From an uncultured Gammaproteobacteria bacterium (GTDB lineage Bacteria; Pseudomonadota; Gammaproteobacteria; JACCXJ01), in assembly GCA_963764725.1 (NCBI GenBank), contig CAVXTM010000015.1:192001-256000 (forward strand): a DNA stretch of 64,000 bases. The letters are read 5' to 3'. Under the pieces are notes generated by a model. The model was not told the DNA's origin. It did no database searches and saw only the letters and a list, made by a program, of their open reading frames with translations. The position numbers were made by a program, and so were the translations under genes. Of this stretch, positions 24,271 through 37,178 are shown in pieces. Position 1 is the stretch's first letter. Each line of letters opens with the position of its first letter.

Positions 24271-24891
24271 ATGGAGCTTCAGGTCCAATCGGGCGACACC
24301 GGGGCCGTGGTCGGCGCCGTCGCGGTTTCCGAGCAATCGTTTAACGCCAAATACAACGAGCCCCTCGTGCATCAGGTGGTGACGGCCTATCTCGCCGCAG
24401 GCCGTAGCGGGACCAAAGCCCAAAAGTCCCGCGCGCAGGTCCGGGGCGGTGGCCGCAAGCCGTGGAAACAAAAGGGCACGGGAAACGCTCGCGCCGGCAG
24501 CTCACGCAGTCCGCTGTGGCGTAGCGGTGGGGTCACGTTCGCGGCGGTGCCGAGGGATTACGCGCAAAAGGTCAATCGAAGAATGTATACAGGTGCACTG
24601 CGGTCCATCCTCTCCGAGCTCGCACGCACGGGGAGACTCAAGATCGTGGACGCATTAGTGATGCATTTGCCCAAGACAAAAGTGCTCATCGAGCGGCTTA
24701 AGGTCTTGGGTCTTGAGGCGGGATTAATCGTCGTCGACGCAGAGGAAAGGAACCTTGATCTGGCATCCAGGAACCTCCCGCACGTCGAGGTCACCGGCGC
24801 GCGTGCGCTCGATCCGGTCCGTTTGATCGAGCACCCGACGGTGCTTATGACGCAAGACGCCCTCAAGCTCGTCGAGGCCCGGCTCGCATGA
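24271..24891 (+). CDS. rplD: 50S ribosomal protein L4
   Basis: RKPWKQKGTGNARAG. Confidence 0.98.
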   Translation: MELQVQSGDTGAVVGAVAVSEQSFNAKYNEPLVHQVVTAYLAAGRSGTKAQKSRAQVRGGGRKPWKQKGTGNARAGSSRSPLWRSGGVTFAAVPRDYAQKVNRRMYTGALRSILSELARTGRLKIVDALVMHLPKTKVLIERLKVLGLEAGLIVVDAEERNLDLASRNLPHVEVTGARALDPVRLIEHPTVLMTQDALKLVEARLA

Positions 24892-25184
24892 ACCAGGAGC
24901 GGTTGCTGCAGGTTCTCATCGAGCCCCGGGTTTCGGAGAAAGCGACGCGGCTTGCGGACAGCGCCCGGCAGTTCGTATTTCGAGTGATCCCGAACGCAAC
25001 CAAGCCCGAGATCAAGCAGGCGGTCGAGCTGATGTTTAGGGTCGAAGTCGAAGGCGTGAGGGTTTGCACAATCAAGGGGAAAGTTAAGGCGAATCGCCGC
25101 ATGCGGGGACGCCGTTCGGACATAAAGAAAGCCTATGTCAGCCTCAAACCCGGATTTGACATCAATTTCGTGGGTAAGGAGTAA
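24888..25184 (+). CDS. rplW: 50S ribosomal protein L23
   Basis: SEKA...ATKPEIKQAVE...KKAYV. Confidence 0.97.
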   Translation: MNQERLLQVLIEPRVSEKATRLADSARQFVFRVIPNATKPEIKQAVELMFRVEVEGVRVCTIKGKVKANRRMRGRRSDIKKAYVSLKPGFDINFVGKE

Positions 25185-25190
25185 GCCGCC

Positions 25191-26021
25191 GTGGCATTGA
25201 AGCAGCTCAAACCGACCTCGGCGGGTACGCGCGGCGTGGTGCGGGTAGTGACGCCCGGGTTGCACAAGGGTGATCCCCATTGGCCGCTGACTGAAAAACA
25301 GACACGCAAGGCTGGACGCAACAACAGGGGCCGAATTACGGTGCGCCACCGGGGAGGCGGGCATAAGCAACATTACCGCATCATCGATTTTAAGCGCCGT
25401 AAGGACGGGATCCCGGCGCGCGTTGAGCGTATCGAGTACGATCCGAACCGCAGCGCCCATATCGCGTTGCTGCTGTATACTGACGGCGAGCGCCGTTACA
25501 TCGTCGCACCGAAAAACGTGTGCCCGGGCATGCGTTTGATGTCGGGGAGCGAGGCGGCGATTCAGCCGGGGAATTCGTTGGCCTTGCGCAACATTCCCGT
25601 CGGCACGACGATTCATTGCGTGGAGCTACAGCCCGGAAAAGGCGCCCAGTTGGCCCGGAGCGCGGGCGCTGCGGTGCAACTGATCGCTCGGGAAGGGGGG
25701 CATGCGACCTTGCGGCTGCGGTCCGGGGAAGTCCGGAAAGTTCCTCTCGATTGCCGGGCGACCATTGGAGACGTCGGCAACCATGAGCATGCGCTGCGTT
25801 CGCTCGGTAAAGCCGGCGCGACGCGCTGGCGAGGTATCCGCCCAACGGTGCGCGGTGTGGCCATGAATCCTGTCGATCATCCGCACGGGGGCGGGGAAGG
25901 CAAGAGCTCCGGGGGGCGGCACCCGGTGACCCCATGGGGTCAGCCTACCAAGGGCCACAAGACTCGGAAAAACAAGCGGACGACCGGCATGATCGTGCGG
26001 CGTCGGCATAAGGCAACTTAG
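25191..26021 (+). CDS. rplB: 50S ribosomal protein L2
   Basis: [26 protein letters not shown]. Confidence 0.99.
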   Translation: MALKQLKPTSAGTRGVVRVVTPGLHKGDPHWPLTEKQTRKAGRNNRGRITVRHRGGGHKQHYRIIDFKRRKDGIPARVERIEYDPNRSAHIALLLYTDGERRYIVAPKNVCPGMRLMSGSEAAIQPGNSLALRNIPVGTTIHCVELQPGKGAQLARSAGAAVQLIAREGGHATLRLRSGEVRKVPLDCRATIGDVGNHEHALRSLGKAGATRWRGIRPTVRGVAMNPVDHPHGGGEGKSSGGRHPVTPWGQPTKGHKTRKNKRTTGMIVRRRHKAT

Positions 26022-26036
26022 CGTCCGGAGGCTCGC

Positions 26037-26315
26037 GTGCCACGCTCACTCAAAAAAGGGCCTTTCATAGATCACCACCTTGCCGCAAAGGTCGCCAAGG
26101 CCCGCGACAACAAGGACAAGCGGCCCATCAAGACCTGGTCGCGCCGCTCGGTGGTGGCGCCGGAGATGGTCGGGATCACGATCGCCATCCATAATGGACG
26201 CCAGCACCTGCCGGTTTATATTACCGAGAATATGGTCGGACATAAGCTCGGGGAGTTTGCGGTAACGAGGACCTTTCGCGGCCATTCGGCCGATCGCAAG
26301 GCCAAGAGCCCGTAA
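26037..26315 (+). CDS. rpsS: 30S ribosomal protein S19
   Basis: [18 protein letters not shown]. Confidence 0.98.
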   Translation: MPRSLKKGPFIDHHLAAKVAKARDNKDKRPIKTWSRRSVVAPEMVGITIAIHNGRQHLPVYITENMVGHKLGEFAVTRTFRGHSADRKAKSP

Positions 26316-26340
26316 GACCGACGCATAAGGCAGGTCACGC

Positions 26341-26670
26341 ATGGGAACGGCAGCTAAACTTCGGTTCGTGCGGGTGTCTCCGCAAAAGGCGCGTCTGGTT
26401 GCGGATCAAATCCGCGGGCTCCCGGTCGATCGCGCCCTGAGCGTATTGGCGTTCAGCGGTAAAAAGGCCGCAGGACTCATCAAGAAAGTGTTAGAATCGG
26501 CGATTGCAAATGCAGAGCACAATGATGGCGCAGACATCGATGCGCTTAAAGTTGAAACCATAATGATTGATACCGCGCCGATGATGAAGCGGGTAGTGGC
26601 TCGAGCTCGGGGGCGCGCCAATCGACTCATGAAAAGGACCAGCCACATCACCATCCGCGTCGCGGAGTAA
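26341..26670 (+). CDS. rplV: 50S ribosomal protein L22
   Basis: [21 protein letters not shown]. Confidence 0.98.
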   Translation: MGTAAKLRFVRVSPQKARLVADQIRGLPVDRALSVLAFSGKKAAGLIKKVLESAIANAEHNDGADIDALKVETIMIDTAPMMKRVVARARGRANRLMKRTSHITIRVAE

Positions 26671-26680
26671 CGAGATAGCC

Positions 26681-27358
26681 ATGGGACAAAAGGTTCATCC
26701 AACAGGTATACGGCTCGGGATCGTCAAAGACTGGTCATCGAAATGGTATGTCGATTCGAAGAAGTACGCGGATTATCTAAATACGGATATCGCCGTGCGC
26801 GAGTTCTTGCGCAAGAAACTGCGGCAGGCCTCGGTCAGCCGCATCCAAATAGAACGGCCGGCGAACAATGCGCGCATCATTATTCATACGGCGAGACCTG
26901 GTATCGTCATCGGCAAGAAGGGTGAAGACATCGAGTCGTTGCGCAAGCAAGTGTCGCAGTTGATGGGCGTGCCGGTCCAGATCAGCGTCGAGGAGATCCG
27001 TAAACCAGAGCTGGATGCTTATCTCGTTGCGGAGAGTGTCGCGGGTCAGCTCGAGCGCCGTATCATGTTCCGCCGGGCGATGAAACGGGCGGTGACCAAC
27101 GCCATGAGGCTCGGGGCGCAGGGGATCAAGATCCACGTCGCCGGAAGGCTAAACGGCGCGGAGATCGCCCGTTCCGAGTGGTACCGGGAAGGGCGCGTGC
27201 CCTTGCACACGTTGCGGGCGGACATCGATTACGGTTTAGCCGAGGCCAAGACGACCTACGGCGTGATAGGCGTGAAGGTTTGGATCTTCAAAGGTGAGGT
27301 GATAGATCGCGCGGCACCGATCGAAGATCGGAGCGTGGACGGATCCCTGCCTCGTTAA
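26681..27358 (+). CDS. rpsC: 30S ribosomal protein S3
   Basis: [27 protein letters not shown]. Confidence 0.98.
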   Translation: MGQKVHPTGIRLGIVKDWSSKWYVDSKKYADYLNTDIAVREFLRKKLRQASVSRIQIERPANNARIIIHTARPGIVIGKKGEDIESLRKQVSQLMGVPVQISVEEIRKPELDAYLVAESVAGQLERRIMFRRAMKRAVTNAMRLGAQGIKIHVAGRLNGAEIARSEWYREGRVPLHTLRADIDYGLAEAKTTYGVIGVKVWIFKGEVIDRAAPIEDRSVDGSLPR

Positions 27359-27372
27359 TCGGCTAAGCGATT

Positions 27373-27786
27373 ATGCTTCAACCTAAGCAAACGAAGTATC
27401 GTAAGCTGCAAAAGGGCCGCAATCGCGGTATTGCGACCAAGGGCCTACGCGTAAGCTTTGGCGAGTATGGGCTAAAAGCCACCACGGCGGGACGCATCAC
27501 AGCGCGCCAGTTGGAAGCGGCGCGGCGCGCGATTTCGCGCCATGTGAAGCGGGGCGGCAAGCTGTGGATTCGAGTGTTCCCCGACAAGCCCATCACCACC
27601 AAACCCTTGGAGGTCAGGCAAGGGAAAGGAAAGGGAAACGTGGAGTACTGGGTCGCTCAGGTGCAAGCGGGCCGCGTACTGTACGAAGTGGAAGGCGTGC
27701 CCACCGACATCGCCCGCGAGGCGTTTCGCTTGGCGGGGGCTAAGCTCCCCGTGAATACCACGATGACGAGTCGGACGCTGTTATGA
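27373..27786 (+). CDS. rplP: 50S ribosomal protein L16
   Basis: [20 protein letters not shown]. Confidence 0.98.
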   Translation: MLQPKQTKYRKLQKGRNRGIATKGLRVSFGEYGLKATTAGRITARQLEAARRAISRHVKRGGKLWIRVFPDKPITTKPLEVRQGKGKGNVEYWVAQVQAGRVLYEVEGVPTDIAREAFRLAGAKLPVNTTMTSRTLL

Positions 27787-27986
27787 TGCAAGCAAACGAG
27801 CTTAGAAAAAAACAACCCGGCGAGCTGCAAAGTCTATTATTGGACCTGCGGCGGGAGCAATTTAACTTGCGTATGCAAAGAGGCGCCGGTCAAACGGTGA
27901 GGCCGACCCGACTTCAGGGTGTGAGACGGGAGATCGCCCGCGTGAAGACCGTCCTTCACGAACTGAAGCAAGGCGAGTCCGCATGA
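27783..27986 (+). CDS. rpmC: 50S ribosomal protein L29
   Basis: EQFNLRMQ...RREIARVKT. Confidence 0.96.
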   Translation: MMQANELRKKQPGELQSLLLDLRREQFNLRMQRGAGQTVRPTRLQGVRREIARVKTVLHELKQGESA

Positions 27987-28249
27987 ATGAGCCGCTTAAA
28001 GCGCCGCGGATCCTGATCGGTCAGGTGGTCAGCGATAAGATGCAAAAAACCGTTGCCGTGCTCGTCGAGCGCAAGGTATTGCACCCCTTGTACAAGAAAT
28101 ACATACGCCGTTCGACAAAGTTACTCGCCCACGACGAAGCCAGTGCCTGTAAGCAAGGGGATACGGTGGCTATCGAAGAGTGTCCGCCGATCTCGAAGCG
28201 GAAAAGCTGGCGCGTTCAAAAGCTTATCGAGCGTGCCGTGGAGCTTTGA
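27983..28249 (+). CDS. rpsQ: 30S ribosomal protein S17
   Basis: [25 protein letters not shown]. Confidence 0.97.
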   Translation: MNEPLKAPRILIGQVVSDKMQKTVAVLVERKVLHPLYKKYIRRSTKLLAHDEASACKQGDTVAIEECPPISKRKSWRVQKLIERAVEL

Positions 28250-28281
28250 GCCATGCCGCTGTCATTACCGGGAACTGACCG

Positions 28282-28650
28282 ATGATACAGATGCAATCGA
28301 ATTTGGATGCGGCCGACAACAGCGGAGCGCGGCGCTTGATGTGTATAAAGGTTTTGGGCGGGTCAAAGCGCCGGTATGCTTATGTCGGTGATATCATAAA
28401 AGTCACGATCAAGGAGGCCATCCCTCGGGGCAAGGTAAAAAAGGGCGAGGTGTATGACGCGGTGGTCGTGCGTACAAAAAAGGGAGTGCGGCGAGCGGAC
28501 GGATCGGTGATTCGATTCGATGGTAATGCCGCGGTGTTATTGGATAAGCAGTTGCAACCCATCGGGACACGGATTTTTGGCCCGGTCACGCGGGAGCTGC
28601 GTACTGAGCGGTTTATGCGCATCATTTCGTTAGCACCTGAAGTCCTCTGA
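28282..28650 (+). CDS. rplN: 50S ribosomal protein L14
   Basis: [26 protein letters not shown]. Confidence 0.98.
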   Translation: MIQMQSNLDAADNSGARRLMCIKVLGGSKRRYAYVGDIIKVTIKEAIPRGKVKKGEVYDAVVVRTKKGVRRADGSVIRFDGNAAVLLDKQLQPIGTRIFGPVTRELRTERFMRIISLAPEVL

Positions 28651-28658
28651 GTCGAGCA

Positions 28659-28976
28659 ATGCGTAAGATCAAAAAAGGCGATCAAGTCGTCATCTCCGTG
28701 GGTAAATCGAAAGGCCACCGCGGCGTGGTGACGCGCGTTTTTCCCAATGACAGGGTCGTGGTCGAGAGCGCCAATATGGTAAAGCGCCACACCCGGCCTA
28801 ACCCGCGTTCGGGCACCGCGGGCGGGATCGTCGAGAAGGAAGCGCCCATCCATATTTCGAATGTGGCGCTATATAACCCACAGGCGAAAAAGGCCGACAA
28901 GGTCGGCTTCAAAGTACTCGAGGACGGCCGCAAGGTGCGGTATTTCAAATCCTCGGGGGAAGTAGTAGAGACCTAA
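28659..28976 (+). CDS. rplX: 50S ribosomal protein L24
   Basis: KOW motif; [15 protein letters not shown]. Confidence 0.97.
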   Translation: MRKIKKGDQVVISVGKSKGHRGVVTRVFPNDRVVVESANMVKRHTRPNPRSGTAGGIVEKEAPIHISNVALYNPQAKKADKVGFKVLEDGRKVRYFKSSGEVVET

Positions 28977-28989
28977 CACAGGTGTTGGC

Positions 28990-29529
28990 ATGCCCCGGTT
29001 GCGTACAATTTATCGTCAAACCATCGTGGCAGAGTTGCAAAAGGCGTATGGGTACAAGAGCGTCATGGCGGTTCCGCGGATTATGAAAATCACGCTGAAC
29101 ATGGGACTTGGCGAAGCGGTGGCGGATAAAAAGATTGTCGACCATGCGGTCGAAGATTTAACGCGGATCGCCGGGCAGAAACCGGTGGTGACGCGAGCGC
29201 GTAAATCGATTGCCAACTTCAAGATCCGGGACGGTTGGCCTATCGGCTGCAAGGTGACTCTCCGGAGCGAACGCATGTATGAGTTTCTGGATCGCTTGAT
29301 CAATATAGCGATACCGAGGATCCGCGATTTTCGCGGCTTGAGCGGCCGAGCCTTCGATGGACGAGGGAATTACAGCTTCGGCGTGAAGGAGCAGATTATT
29401 TTTCCGGAAATCGATTACGACAAAATCGACGTGATCCGGGGCTTGGATATCTGTATTACCACCACCGCAAGGACGGACGATGAGGCGCGGGCCTTGCTGA
29501 CTGCGTTCAAGCTTCCGCTGCGTCACTGA
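28990..29529 (+). CDS. rplE: 50S ribosomal protein L5
   Basis: [25 protein letters not shown]. Confidence 0.98.
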   Translation: MPRLRTIYRQTIVAELQKAYGYKSVMAVPRIMKITLNMGLGEAVADKKIVDHAVEDLTRIAGQKPVVTRARKSIANFKIRDGWPIGCKVTLRSERMYEFLDRLINIAIPRIRDFRGLSGRAFDGRGNYSFGVKEQIIFPEIDYDKIDVIRGLDICITTTARTDDEARALLTAFKLPLRH

Positions 29530-29544
29530 TCCCAAGGTAAAGAA

Positions 29545-29850
29545 ATGGCAAAGACATCGCTCATCAATCGCGACCTGCGGCGGCTCAAGCTAGTAAAAAA
29601 ATACGCGGCCGCGCGCGCACGCCTAGCGGCGCAAATGAAAGACACCACGCTTAGCGAGGAAGATCGTGAGCAGGCGCGGGTGAAGCTACACATGTTGCCT
29701 AGAGACTCGAGTCCGGTACGGCTGCGCAATCGATGTCGGGCTACGGGACGACCGCGCGGTTTCTACCGCAAGTTCGGCTTATCGCGCAACAAACTGCGGC
29801 TGGCCGCGATGGACGGTGACGTCCCGGGTTTGGTCAAGGCAAGTTGGTAA
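29545..29850 (+). CDS. rpsN: 30S ribosomal protein S14 (long, Zn-independent type)
   Basis: [12 protein letters not shown]...PGLVKASW; 101 aa. Confidence 0.97.
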   Translation: MAKTSLINRDLRRLKLVKKYAAARARLAAQMKDTTLSEEDREQARVKLHMLPRDSSPVRLRNRCRATGRPRGFYRKFGLSRNKLRLAAMDGDVPGLVKASW

Positions 29851-29895
29851 TCATGCACGCCGTCTAGTATCGTTTTTGAAAGGTTCTCTAAAAGT

Positions 29896-30291
29896 ATGAC
29901 CATGCAAGATCCGATTGCGGACATGTTCACCCAGCTCCGCAATGGACAAGCGGCGGGTAAGCGTTTTGTTCTCCTGCCGGGTTCCAAGCAGAAAAGCGCA
30001 CTTGCTGAGGTGCTCAAGCGCGAGGGTTATATCGAAGACTATTCCGCGCAGGAGCGCGATGGAAAGCCGGCGCTTGCGGTGACGCTCAAGTATTTCGAAG
30101 GACGGCCAGTGATCGAGAAAATCAAGCGTGCCAGCCGCCCGGGCCTGCGTATCTACCGCTCGCAAAACGCTATTCCCAAAGTCAGCGGCGGTCTAGGGAT
30201 CGCCATCGTGAGCACCTCGCAGGGGCTCCTGTCCGACCGCGAGGCACGCCAGCGCGGCATCGGTGGCGAAGTGCTGGGCTACATCGTCTGA
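29896..30291 (+). CDS. rpsH: 30S ribosomal protein S8
   Basis: [20 protein letters not shown]. Confidence 0.97.
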   Translation: MTMQDPIADMFTQLRNGQAAGKRFVLLPGSKQKSALAEVLKREGYIEDYSAQERDGKPALAVTLKYFEGRPVIEKIKRASRPGLRIYRSQNAIPKVSGGLGIAIVSTSQGLLSDREARQRGIGGEVLGYIV

Positions 30292-30299
30292 GGGTAGCC

Positions 30300-30833
30300 A
30301 TGTCTAGAGTCGCGAAAAATCCGGTACTGCTCCCGAAGGAGGTTGAGGCCACCGTGACGGACCAGACCGTGATTCTGAAAGGTGCTCAAGGTACGATGTC
30401 ACGGGACTTTTCCAACTTGGTGAAGATCATCAACAAAGATCAGAGGTTGTGCGTGTCACCCAAGGATGGCTCCAAGGCCGGCCGCATGTTCGCGGGCACG
30501 ACGCGGGCGTTGTTAGCCAATATGCTCGAAGGTGTCGCCACGGGGTTCCAGAAAAAACTGGAGATCACCGGGGTGGGCTATCGCGCCCAACTACAGGGCA
30601 GAGTATTGAACCTCACGCTTGGCTATTCTCACCCGATTCACTTCGACATTCCCGAAGGCATCACGATCCAGGCCCCAAGTACGACGGAAATCGTGGTAAG
30701 AGGGGCGGATAAACAGCAGGTAGGACAGATCGCGGCGAATATTCGCAGGTATCGGCCGCCGGAACCTTACAAGGGGAAGGGGATCCGGTATGCTGGCGAA
30801 GTGATCAGGCGTAAGGAAGCAAAGAAAGCATAG
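30300..30833 (+). CDS. rplF: 50S ribosomal protein L6
   Basis: [19 protein letters not shown]. Confidence 0.98.
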   Translation: MSRVAKNPVLLPKEVEATVTDQTVILKGAQGTMSRDFSNLVKIINKDQRLCVSPKDGSKAGRMFAGTTRALLANMLEGVATGFQKKLEITGVGYRAQLQGRVLNLTLGYSHPIHFDIPEGITIQAPSTTEIVVRGADKQQVGQIAANIRRYRPPEPYKGKGIRYAGEVIRRKEAKKA

Positions 30834-30849
30834 CGAGGTAAGGACTTCG

Positions 30850-31203
30850 GTGGACAAGAAAACGACTCGGCTAAGGCGTGCCCGCCGTACTCGCGCGAAG
30901 ATAAAAGAACTGGGGCTGCATCGGCTAAGCGTGCATAAAACGCCGCGGCATATCTACGCCCAGGTGATAGCACCGGCCGGTGCTCAGGTCGTCGCCAGCG
31001 CTTCCAGCTTGGATAAGGCGCTACGCGCGGAAATCGCCTACGGCGGCAACATAAAGGCCGCGGTGATCGTGGGTAAAGCCGTCGGTGATCGCGCCAAAGC
31101 GGCAGGCCTCGATCGGGTTGCATTTGACCGATCGGGATTCAAGTACCATGGCCGGATCAAGGCGCTGGCCGATGCGGCGCGCGAATCGGGCCTCCAATTT
31201 TAG
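30850..31203 (+). CDS. rplR: 50S ribosomal protein L18
   Basis: [21 protein letters not shown]. Confidence 0.98.
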   Translation: MDKKTTRLRRARRTRAKIKELGLHRLSVHKTPRHIYAQVIAPAGAQVVASASSLDKALRAEIAYGGNIKAAVIVGKAVGDRAKAAGLDRVAFDRSGFKYHGRIKALADAARESGLQF

Positions 31204-31214
31204 GTGTGGCGGGC

Positions 31215-31730
31215 ATGGCGTTAGATAGCTTAAGCGAATCGAGCGAAGGTTTTTTGGAGAAGCTCGTGCACGTCAATCGCGTGGCTAAGGTCGTTAAAGG
31301 CGGGCGCATCTTTGGTTTTTCGGCGCTAACGGTGGTCGGTGACGGTGCCGGAAAGGTCGGTTTCGGGCGCGGCAAGGCGCGTGAGGTTCCCGTGGCGATC
31401 CAAAAAGCGATGGAGAAGGCCAGAAGAAGCATGTGCTCAATTTCCTTGCGGGACAGTAGCACGGTTCAATACCCCGTCACCGCACGCCACGGCGCGGCCA
31501 AGGTTCTCATTCTTCCGGCGCCCGAGGGTACGGGCATCATCGCCGGTGGCGCCATGCGGGCGGTATTCGAAGTGGCGGGAGTGAAAAATGTCGTCGCCAA
31601 GTGCATCGGTACGACCAACAAGGTCAATGTGGTCAGGGCGACCATCAAGGGTCTGTCCGGCATCCATGATCCCGCCTGGTATGCGGCCAAGCGTGGCAAG
31701 ACGGTTGAGGAGATCCATGGCTACGCCTAA
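31215..31730 (+). CDS. rpsE: 30S ribosomal protein S5
   Basis: [23 protein letters not shown]; start either GTG 31206 or ATG 31215. Confidence 0.97.
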   Translation: MALDSLSESSEGFLEKLVHVNRVAKVVKGGRIFGFSALTVVGDGAGKVGFGRGKAREVPVAIQKAMEKARRSMCSISLRDSSTVQYPVTARHGAAKVLILPAPEGTGIIAGGAMRAVFEVAGVKNVVAKCIGTTNKVNVVRATIKGLSGIHDPAWYAAKRGKTVEEIHGYA

Positions 31731-31914
31731 GCCACAAGGGCGCTTGAAAGTGACTCTGGTGCGGAGTGTGATTGGGCGCCTAAAGGCTCACCAAGCGTGT
31801 GTGCGAGGCTTGGGGCTACGGCGCATCGGACACAGCACCGTCGTGAATGACACGCCTGCAATCCGCGGCATGATAACGAAGGTATCCTACCTCTTAGCGG
31901 TGGAAGAAACTTGA
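31717..31914 (+). CDS. rpmD: 50S ribosomal protein L30
   Basis: [12 protein letters not shown]...GLGLRRIGH...DTPAIRGM; ATG at 31717. Confidence 0.95.
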   Translation: MATPKPQGRLKVTLVRSVIGRLKAHQACVRGLGLRRIGHSTVVNDTPAIRGMITKVSYLLAVEET

Positions 31915-31915
31915 G

Positions 31916-32349
31916 ATGAGAATTAATACGTTGAAGCCGGCGCGGGGTTCCAAGCGCGAGCGCCGAAGGCTCGGCCGGGGGATGGGTTCGGGTTTGGGAA
32001 AGACCGCCGGCCGTGGGCATAAGGGGCAGCACGCCCGCGCGGGCGGGTACCATAAGCGGGGGTTCGAAGGTGGACAAATGCCCTTGCAGCGGCGCCTACC
32101 GAAATTCGGATTCGCATCGCGAAGCGCGCGCTACGTGTCCGAGGTGCGCTTGGGCGATCTTGTGCGCGTCGATGCGGACCTTATCGATTTAGCCGCGCTC
32201 AAGGCCGCGAAGCTCGTCGCCGGGCAAGTAAAGCGCGCGAAGGTCATTGCGACCGGGACGCTGGATAAGGCGCTGAAGCTCAAAGGTCTTGCGGTGACCA
32301 AGGGCGCCCGCGCGATCATTGAAGCCCAGGGCGGTAAAATCGAGGACTG

Positions 32350-32350
<1 letters not shown>
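31916..32350 (+). CDS. rplO: 50S ribosomal protein L15
   Basis: [25 protein letters not shown]. Confidence 0.98.
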
Positions 32351-33693
<1,343 letters not shown>

Positions 33694-33701
33694 AGAATAG
33701 T

Positions 33702-33815
33702 ATGAAAGTTAGGACGTCCGTAAAAAAGGTTTGCCGAAATTGCAAGATTGTACGGCGCCGGGGGATCGTACGTGTCATCTGCAGCGAAAAACGGCATAAG
33801 CAGCGGCAGGGTTAA
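33702..33815 (+). CDS. rpmJ: 50S ribosomal protein L36 (37 aa, below ORF-track cutoff)
   Basis: Hand translation [37 protein letters not shown]. Confidence 0.97.
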   Translation: MKVRTSVKKVCRNCKIVRRRGIVRVICSEKRHKQRQG

Positions 33816-33903
33816 GTGCGCAGCCGGCGCGGTGAAGCTAGTTTAGCTGCCCCAGCCGAATGCAAGGTATCACTATGATCAAGATGATTAAGAGGTGCTC
33901 CCG

Positions 33904-34260
33904 ATGGCCCGCGTAGCCGGCGTCAATATACCTGTACAAAAACATACGAGCATCGCGCTTACCCATGTCTACGGGATCGGGTGTAAGCGCGCGGTCGCAA
34001 TTTGCCGAGCGGCCCGCGTGCCGCCGGCGGCCAAGGTAAGGGAATTGAGTGAGGAACAATTGGATGCGCTGCGCACGGAAATAGCCAAGTACCCCGTCGA
34101 AGGGGATCTCCGGCGCGAGGTATCGATGAACATCAAGCGGTTGATGGACCTCGGCTGCTACCGTGGACTGCGGCATCGCCGGGGTTTGCCGGTGCGAGGG
34201 CAGCGGACTCGCACCAATGCCCGAACGCGAAAAGGACCCCGCAAGGCGATTAGGAAATAA
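33904..34260 (+). CDS. rpsM: 30S ribosomal protein S13
   Basis: [26 protein letters not shown]. Confidence 0.98.
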   Translation: MARVAGVNIPVQKHTSIALTHVYGIGCKRAVAICRAARVPPAAKVRELSEEQLDALRTEIAKYPVEGDLRREVSMNIKRLMDLGCYRGLRHRRGLPVRGQRTRTNARTRKGPRKAIRK

Positions 34261-34262
34261 TC

Positions 34263-34649
34263 ATGGCCAACAAGAGTGCACGTCCGAAACGAGCGAAGAA
34301 GCTCGTAGTTGATGGGGTGGTCCATATCCATGCCTCTTTTAACAACACGATCATTACGATCACCGACAAGCAAGGCAATACGCTCGGCTGGTGCACGTCC
34401 GGCGCCAGTGGTTTCCGGGGCTCGCGGAAGAGCACGCCGTTCGCGGCGCAAGTCGCGGCCGAGAAGGTCGGTACCGCGGTGAAAGAATTCGGTGTCGAGA
34501 CGCTCGAGGTCTACGTCAAGGGACCTGGGCCGGGCCGGGAATCGGCGGTGCGCGCGCTCAATGCGGCCGGATTTAAGATCACCAACATCACTGATGTCAC
34601 ACCCATTCCTCACAACGGATGCCGCCCGCCGAAGCGGCGCCGCGTATAA
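34263..34649 (+). CDS. rpsK: 30S ribosomal protein S11
   Basis: [27 protein letters not shown]. Confidence 0.98.
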   Translation: MANKSARPKRAKKLVVDGVVHIHASFNNTIITITDKQGNTLGWCTSGASGFRGSRKSTPFAAQVAAEKVGTAVKEFGVETLEVYVKGPGPGRESAVRALNAAGFKITNITDVTPIPHNGCRPPKRRRV

Positions 34650-34661
34650 ACGAGAGAGACT

Positions 34662-35285
34662 ATGGCCAGATACCTCGGACCGACGTGCCGCTTAAGCCGG
34701 CGTCAAGGAGTCGATCTCGCGCTCAAGAGTCGCGCTCGGCCGCTCGAGACCAAGTGTCACTTAGACAAACCCCCGGGCCAGCATGGGGAGAGCCGCCAGC
34801 GGCGTATATCGGACTACGCGCTGCAACTCAGAGAGAAGCAGAAGCTGCGCATCATGTACGGGGTCCTGGAACGCCAGTTTCGCAAAGTCTATCAGGAGGC
34901 TGCTCGCCGCAGGGGATCGACAGGCGAAAACCTTCTCAAGCTACTGGAGTCCCGTCTGGACAATGTCGTCTACCGTATGGGGTTTGGGGTGACGCGGGCC
35001 GAGGCGCGGCAGTTGGTGAGCCACAAGGCTATATGGGTTAACGGCAAGGCGACCAACATCCCGTCCTATGAGGTGCGGGCCAACGACGTGATCAGCGTCT
35101 CGCCGAAGGGTCGGGCTCAGGTCAGGATCCAGGACGCATTGACCCTGTCCGAACAGTACGGATTCCCGGAGTGGGTCGAGGTCGATCTCAAGAAAATGGA
35201 AGGGATATTTAAAACCGTTCCGGATCGCGGCGAGCTGCCGCCGGATATCAACGAATCGCTCGTAGTGGCGCTTTATTCGAAGTAG
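34662..35285 (+). CDS. rpsD: 30S ribosomal protein S4
   Basis: [20 protein letters not shown]. Confidence 0.98.
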   Translation: MARYLGPTCRLSRRQGVDLALKSRARPLETKCHLDKPPGQHGESRQRRISDYALQLREKQKLRIMYGVLERQFRKVYQEAARRRGSTGENLLKLLESRLDNVVYRMGFGVTRAEARQLVSHKAIWVNGKATNIPSYEVRANDVISVSPKGRAQVRIQDALTLSEQYGFPEWVEVDLKKMEGIFKTVPDRGELPPDINESLVVALYSK

Positions 35286-35303
35286 CCGAGAGGGCCAGTT
35301 CGC

Positions 35304-36329
35304 ATGTTGGCAAATACTGTCAGTTTATTGAAGCCACGCCAGATCGACGTCCAAGCGGTGAGCAGCCGCTGTGCGCGCATGACATTGGAGCCCTTGGACC
35401 GGGGCTTCGGGCATACCCTGGGAAACGCCTTGCGGCGCGTCTTGCTGTCATCGCTTCCGGGCTGTGCCGTCACGGAAGTCACGATCGAAAACGTTTTGCA
35501 CGAATACACGACGATTCCCGGTGTCCAAGAGGATGTCACGGATATCTTGTTGAATCTCAAAGGGCTCGCGATACGCATGCACGCCCGTGACGAGGCGATG
35601 TTGACGCTCAATAAGAAGGGCCGCGGCGATGTGCTGGCGCGCGATATCTCCCTAGACCATGACGTCGAGATCGTCAATCCGGAACATCATCTCGCGACCT
35701 TGATGGAGGGCGGGGAGCTCCATATCACGCTTCGGGTCACGCGCGGGCGGGGTTATGTCCCGGCGAATACCCGGATGAACGCTGAGGAGGAAGAGCATGC
35801 GATCGGCCGCTTGAAGCTGGACGCCTCGTTTAGCCCTATTCGCCGGGTCGCTTACGAGGTTCAAAATGCCCGCGTCGAGCAACGCACCGACCTCGATAGA
35901 TTGGTCATGGAGATTGAAACCAACGGCACCGTGGATCCCGAGACCGCCGTCCGCAGGGCGGCCGACATTTTACAGGAGCAGTTATCGATCTTCGTCGATC
36001 TCAGCAGCGGCGAGCAGCCGACACCGCAGGGAACGAGGGATGTGGAGATCGACCCGATCTTGCTGCGCTCCATCGATGATCTGGAATTGACGGTGCGCTC
36101 GGCGAACTGCCTGAAAGCCGAGAACATCTACTATATCGGCGATCTCATCCAGCGTACCGAGGTGGAGTTGCTCAAGACACCGAATCTAGGGAAAAAATCA
36201 CTCACCGAGATCAAGGATGTGTTAGCCACACGGGGCTTGTCGCTCGGCATGCGGCTCGCTAATTGGCCGCCGCCGGGTTTGCAAAAAGTCTCGGCCGGAG
36301 CTGCAGCGGCCGGAGCTGAAGGAGGTTAG
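35304..36329 (+). CDS. rpoA: RNA polymerase alpha subunit
   Basis: [32 protein letters not shown]. Confidence 0.99.
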   Translation: MLANTVSLLKPRQIDVQAVSSRCARMTLEPLDRGFGHTLGNALRRVLLSSLPGCAVTEVTIENVLHEYTTIPGVQEDVTDILLNLKGLAIRMHARDEAMLTLNKKGRGDVLARDISLDHDVEIVNPEHHLATLMEGGELHITLRVTRGRGYVPANTRMNAEEEEHAIGRLKLDASFSPIRRVAYEVQNARVEQRTDLDRLVMEIETNGTVDPETAVRRAADILQEQLSIFVDLSSGEQPTPQGTRDVEIDPILLRSIDDLELTVRSANCLKAENIYYIGDLIQRTEVELLKTPNLGKKSLTEIKDVLATRGLSLGMRLANWPPPGLQKVSAGAAAAGAEGG

Positions 36330-36332
36330 GGA

Positions 36333-36743
36333 ATGCGACATCTAAACATCGGCAGGCAGCTTAGCCGCAATAGCAGCCATCGTAAGGCGATGTTCAGGAA
36401 CATGGCGGTGTCGCTGTTTCGGCACGAGGTCATCAAGACCTCCGTTCCCAAGGCCAAGGAACTGCGCCGCACCGCGGAGCCGCTGATTACGCTTGCCAAA
36501 CAAGACACGATGGCGAAACGCCGGTTGGCGTTTGCCCGGTTGCGGGACAAACAGGTGGTCGCGAAGCTTTTTAGCGATCTCGGACCGCGTTATCGGGAGA
36601 GGCCGGGCGGCTATTTACGTATCCTCAAGTGCGGTTTCCGTAACGGTGACCGCGCTCCGATGGCCCTGGTCGAGCTCGTCGATCGGCCCTTGCCGCAAGA
36701 GGCGACCGGCGTCGACGCTACAAAGGACGCGAAACCTTCCTGA
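36333..36743 (+). CDS. rplQ: 50S ribosomal protein L17
   Basis: [19 protein letters not shown]. Confidence 0.98.
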   Translation: MRHLNIGRQLSRNSSHRKAMFRNMAVSLFRHEVIKTSVPKAKELRRTAEPLITLAKQDTMAKRRLAFARLRDKQVVAKLFSDLGPRYRERPGGYLRILKCGFRNGDRAPMALVELVDRPLPQEATGVDATKDAKPS

Positions 36744-36914
36744 TCCGCTCCATGCCGCGGGACACCGGCTAACGTCGCGATCTGCAGCCCTGGGAGTGAG
36801 AGCTTTTGAACATATCTAACCACACATACGTGAAATTTTGGGTTACCTCCGAGGTTCTTGTCCTTCCGGCCGGGATAAGCATTGTGTTGTGCAAGCCGCG
36901 CATGGTTTACAAAA

Positions 36915-37075
36915 TAGACTGGGCGCATGGTTTACAAATTTCTCCCTCTCCCTCCCGGGAGAGGGTTGGGGTGAGGGGATCAAAATCATCAACGAAAGCG
37001 CTTGATTTGATTCCCCTCATCCTAGCCTTCTCCCGGAGGGAGAAGGGACTTTCAGATTCGTCGAAGTCGGTCTGT
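36915..37075. repeat. REP-doublet/MITE-like palindromic element
   Basis: TCCCTCTCCCTCCCGGGAGAGGGTTGGGGTGAGGGG paired with the inverted CCCCTCATCCTAGCCTTCTCCCGGAGGGAGAAGGGA; weak ends TAGACTG/CGGTCTG. Confidence 0.7.
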
Positions 37076-37178
37076 ATAACATTGGTTGCGTAAGGATCTA
37101 CTGCCCTCGCTACGATTTCTTCACAAGCTCTGAGTGGAGGGTTGCAGCGAGGCTACGCCTCTCCGACAATCGACTGTC

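Noticed and set aside
36898-36938. CRISPR-like repeat
   Set aside because: Only two 16-bp copies 9 nt apart and no cas genes; no CRISPR array seen anywhere in the window
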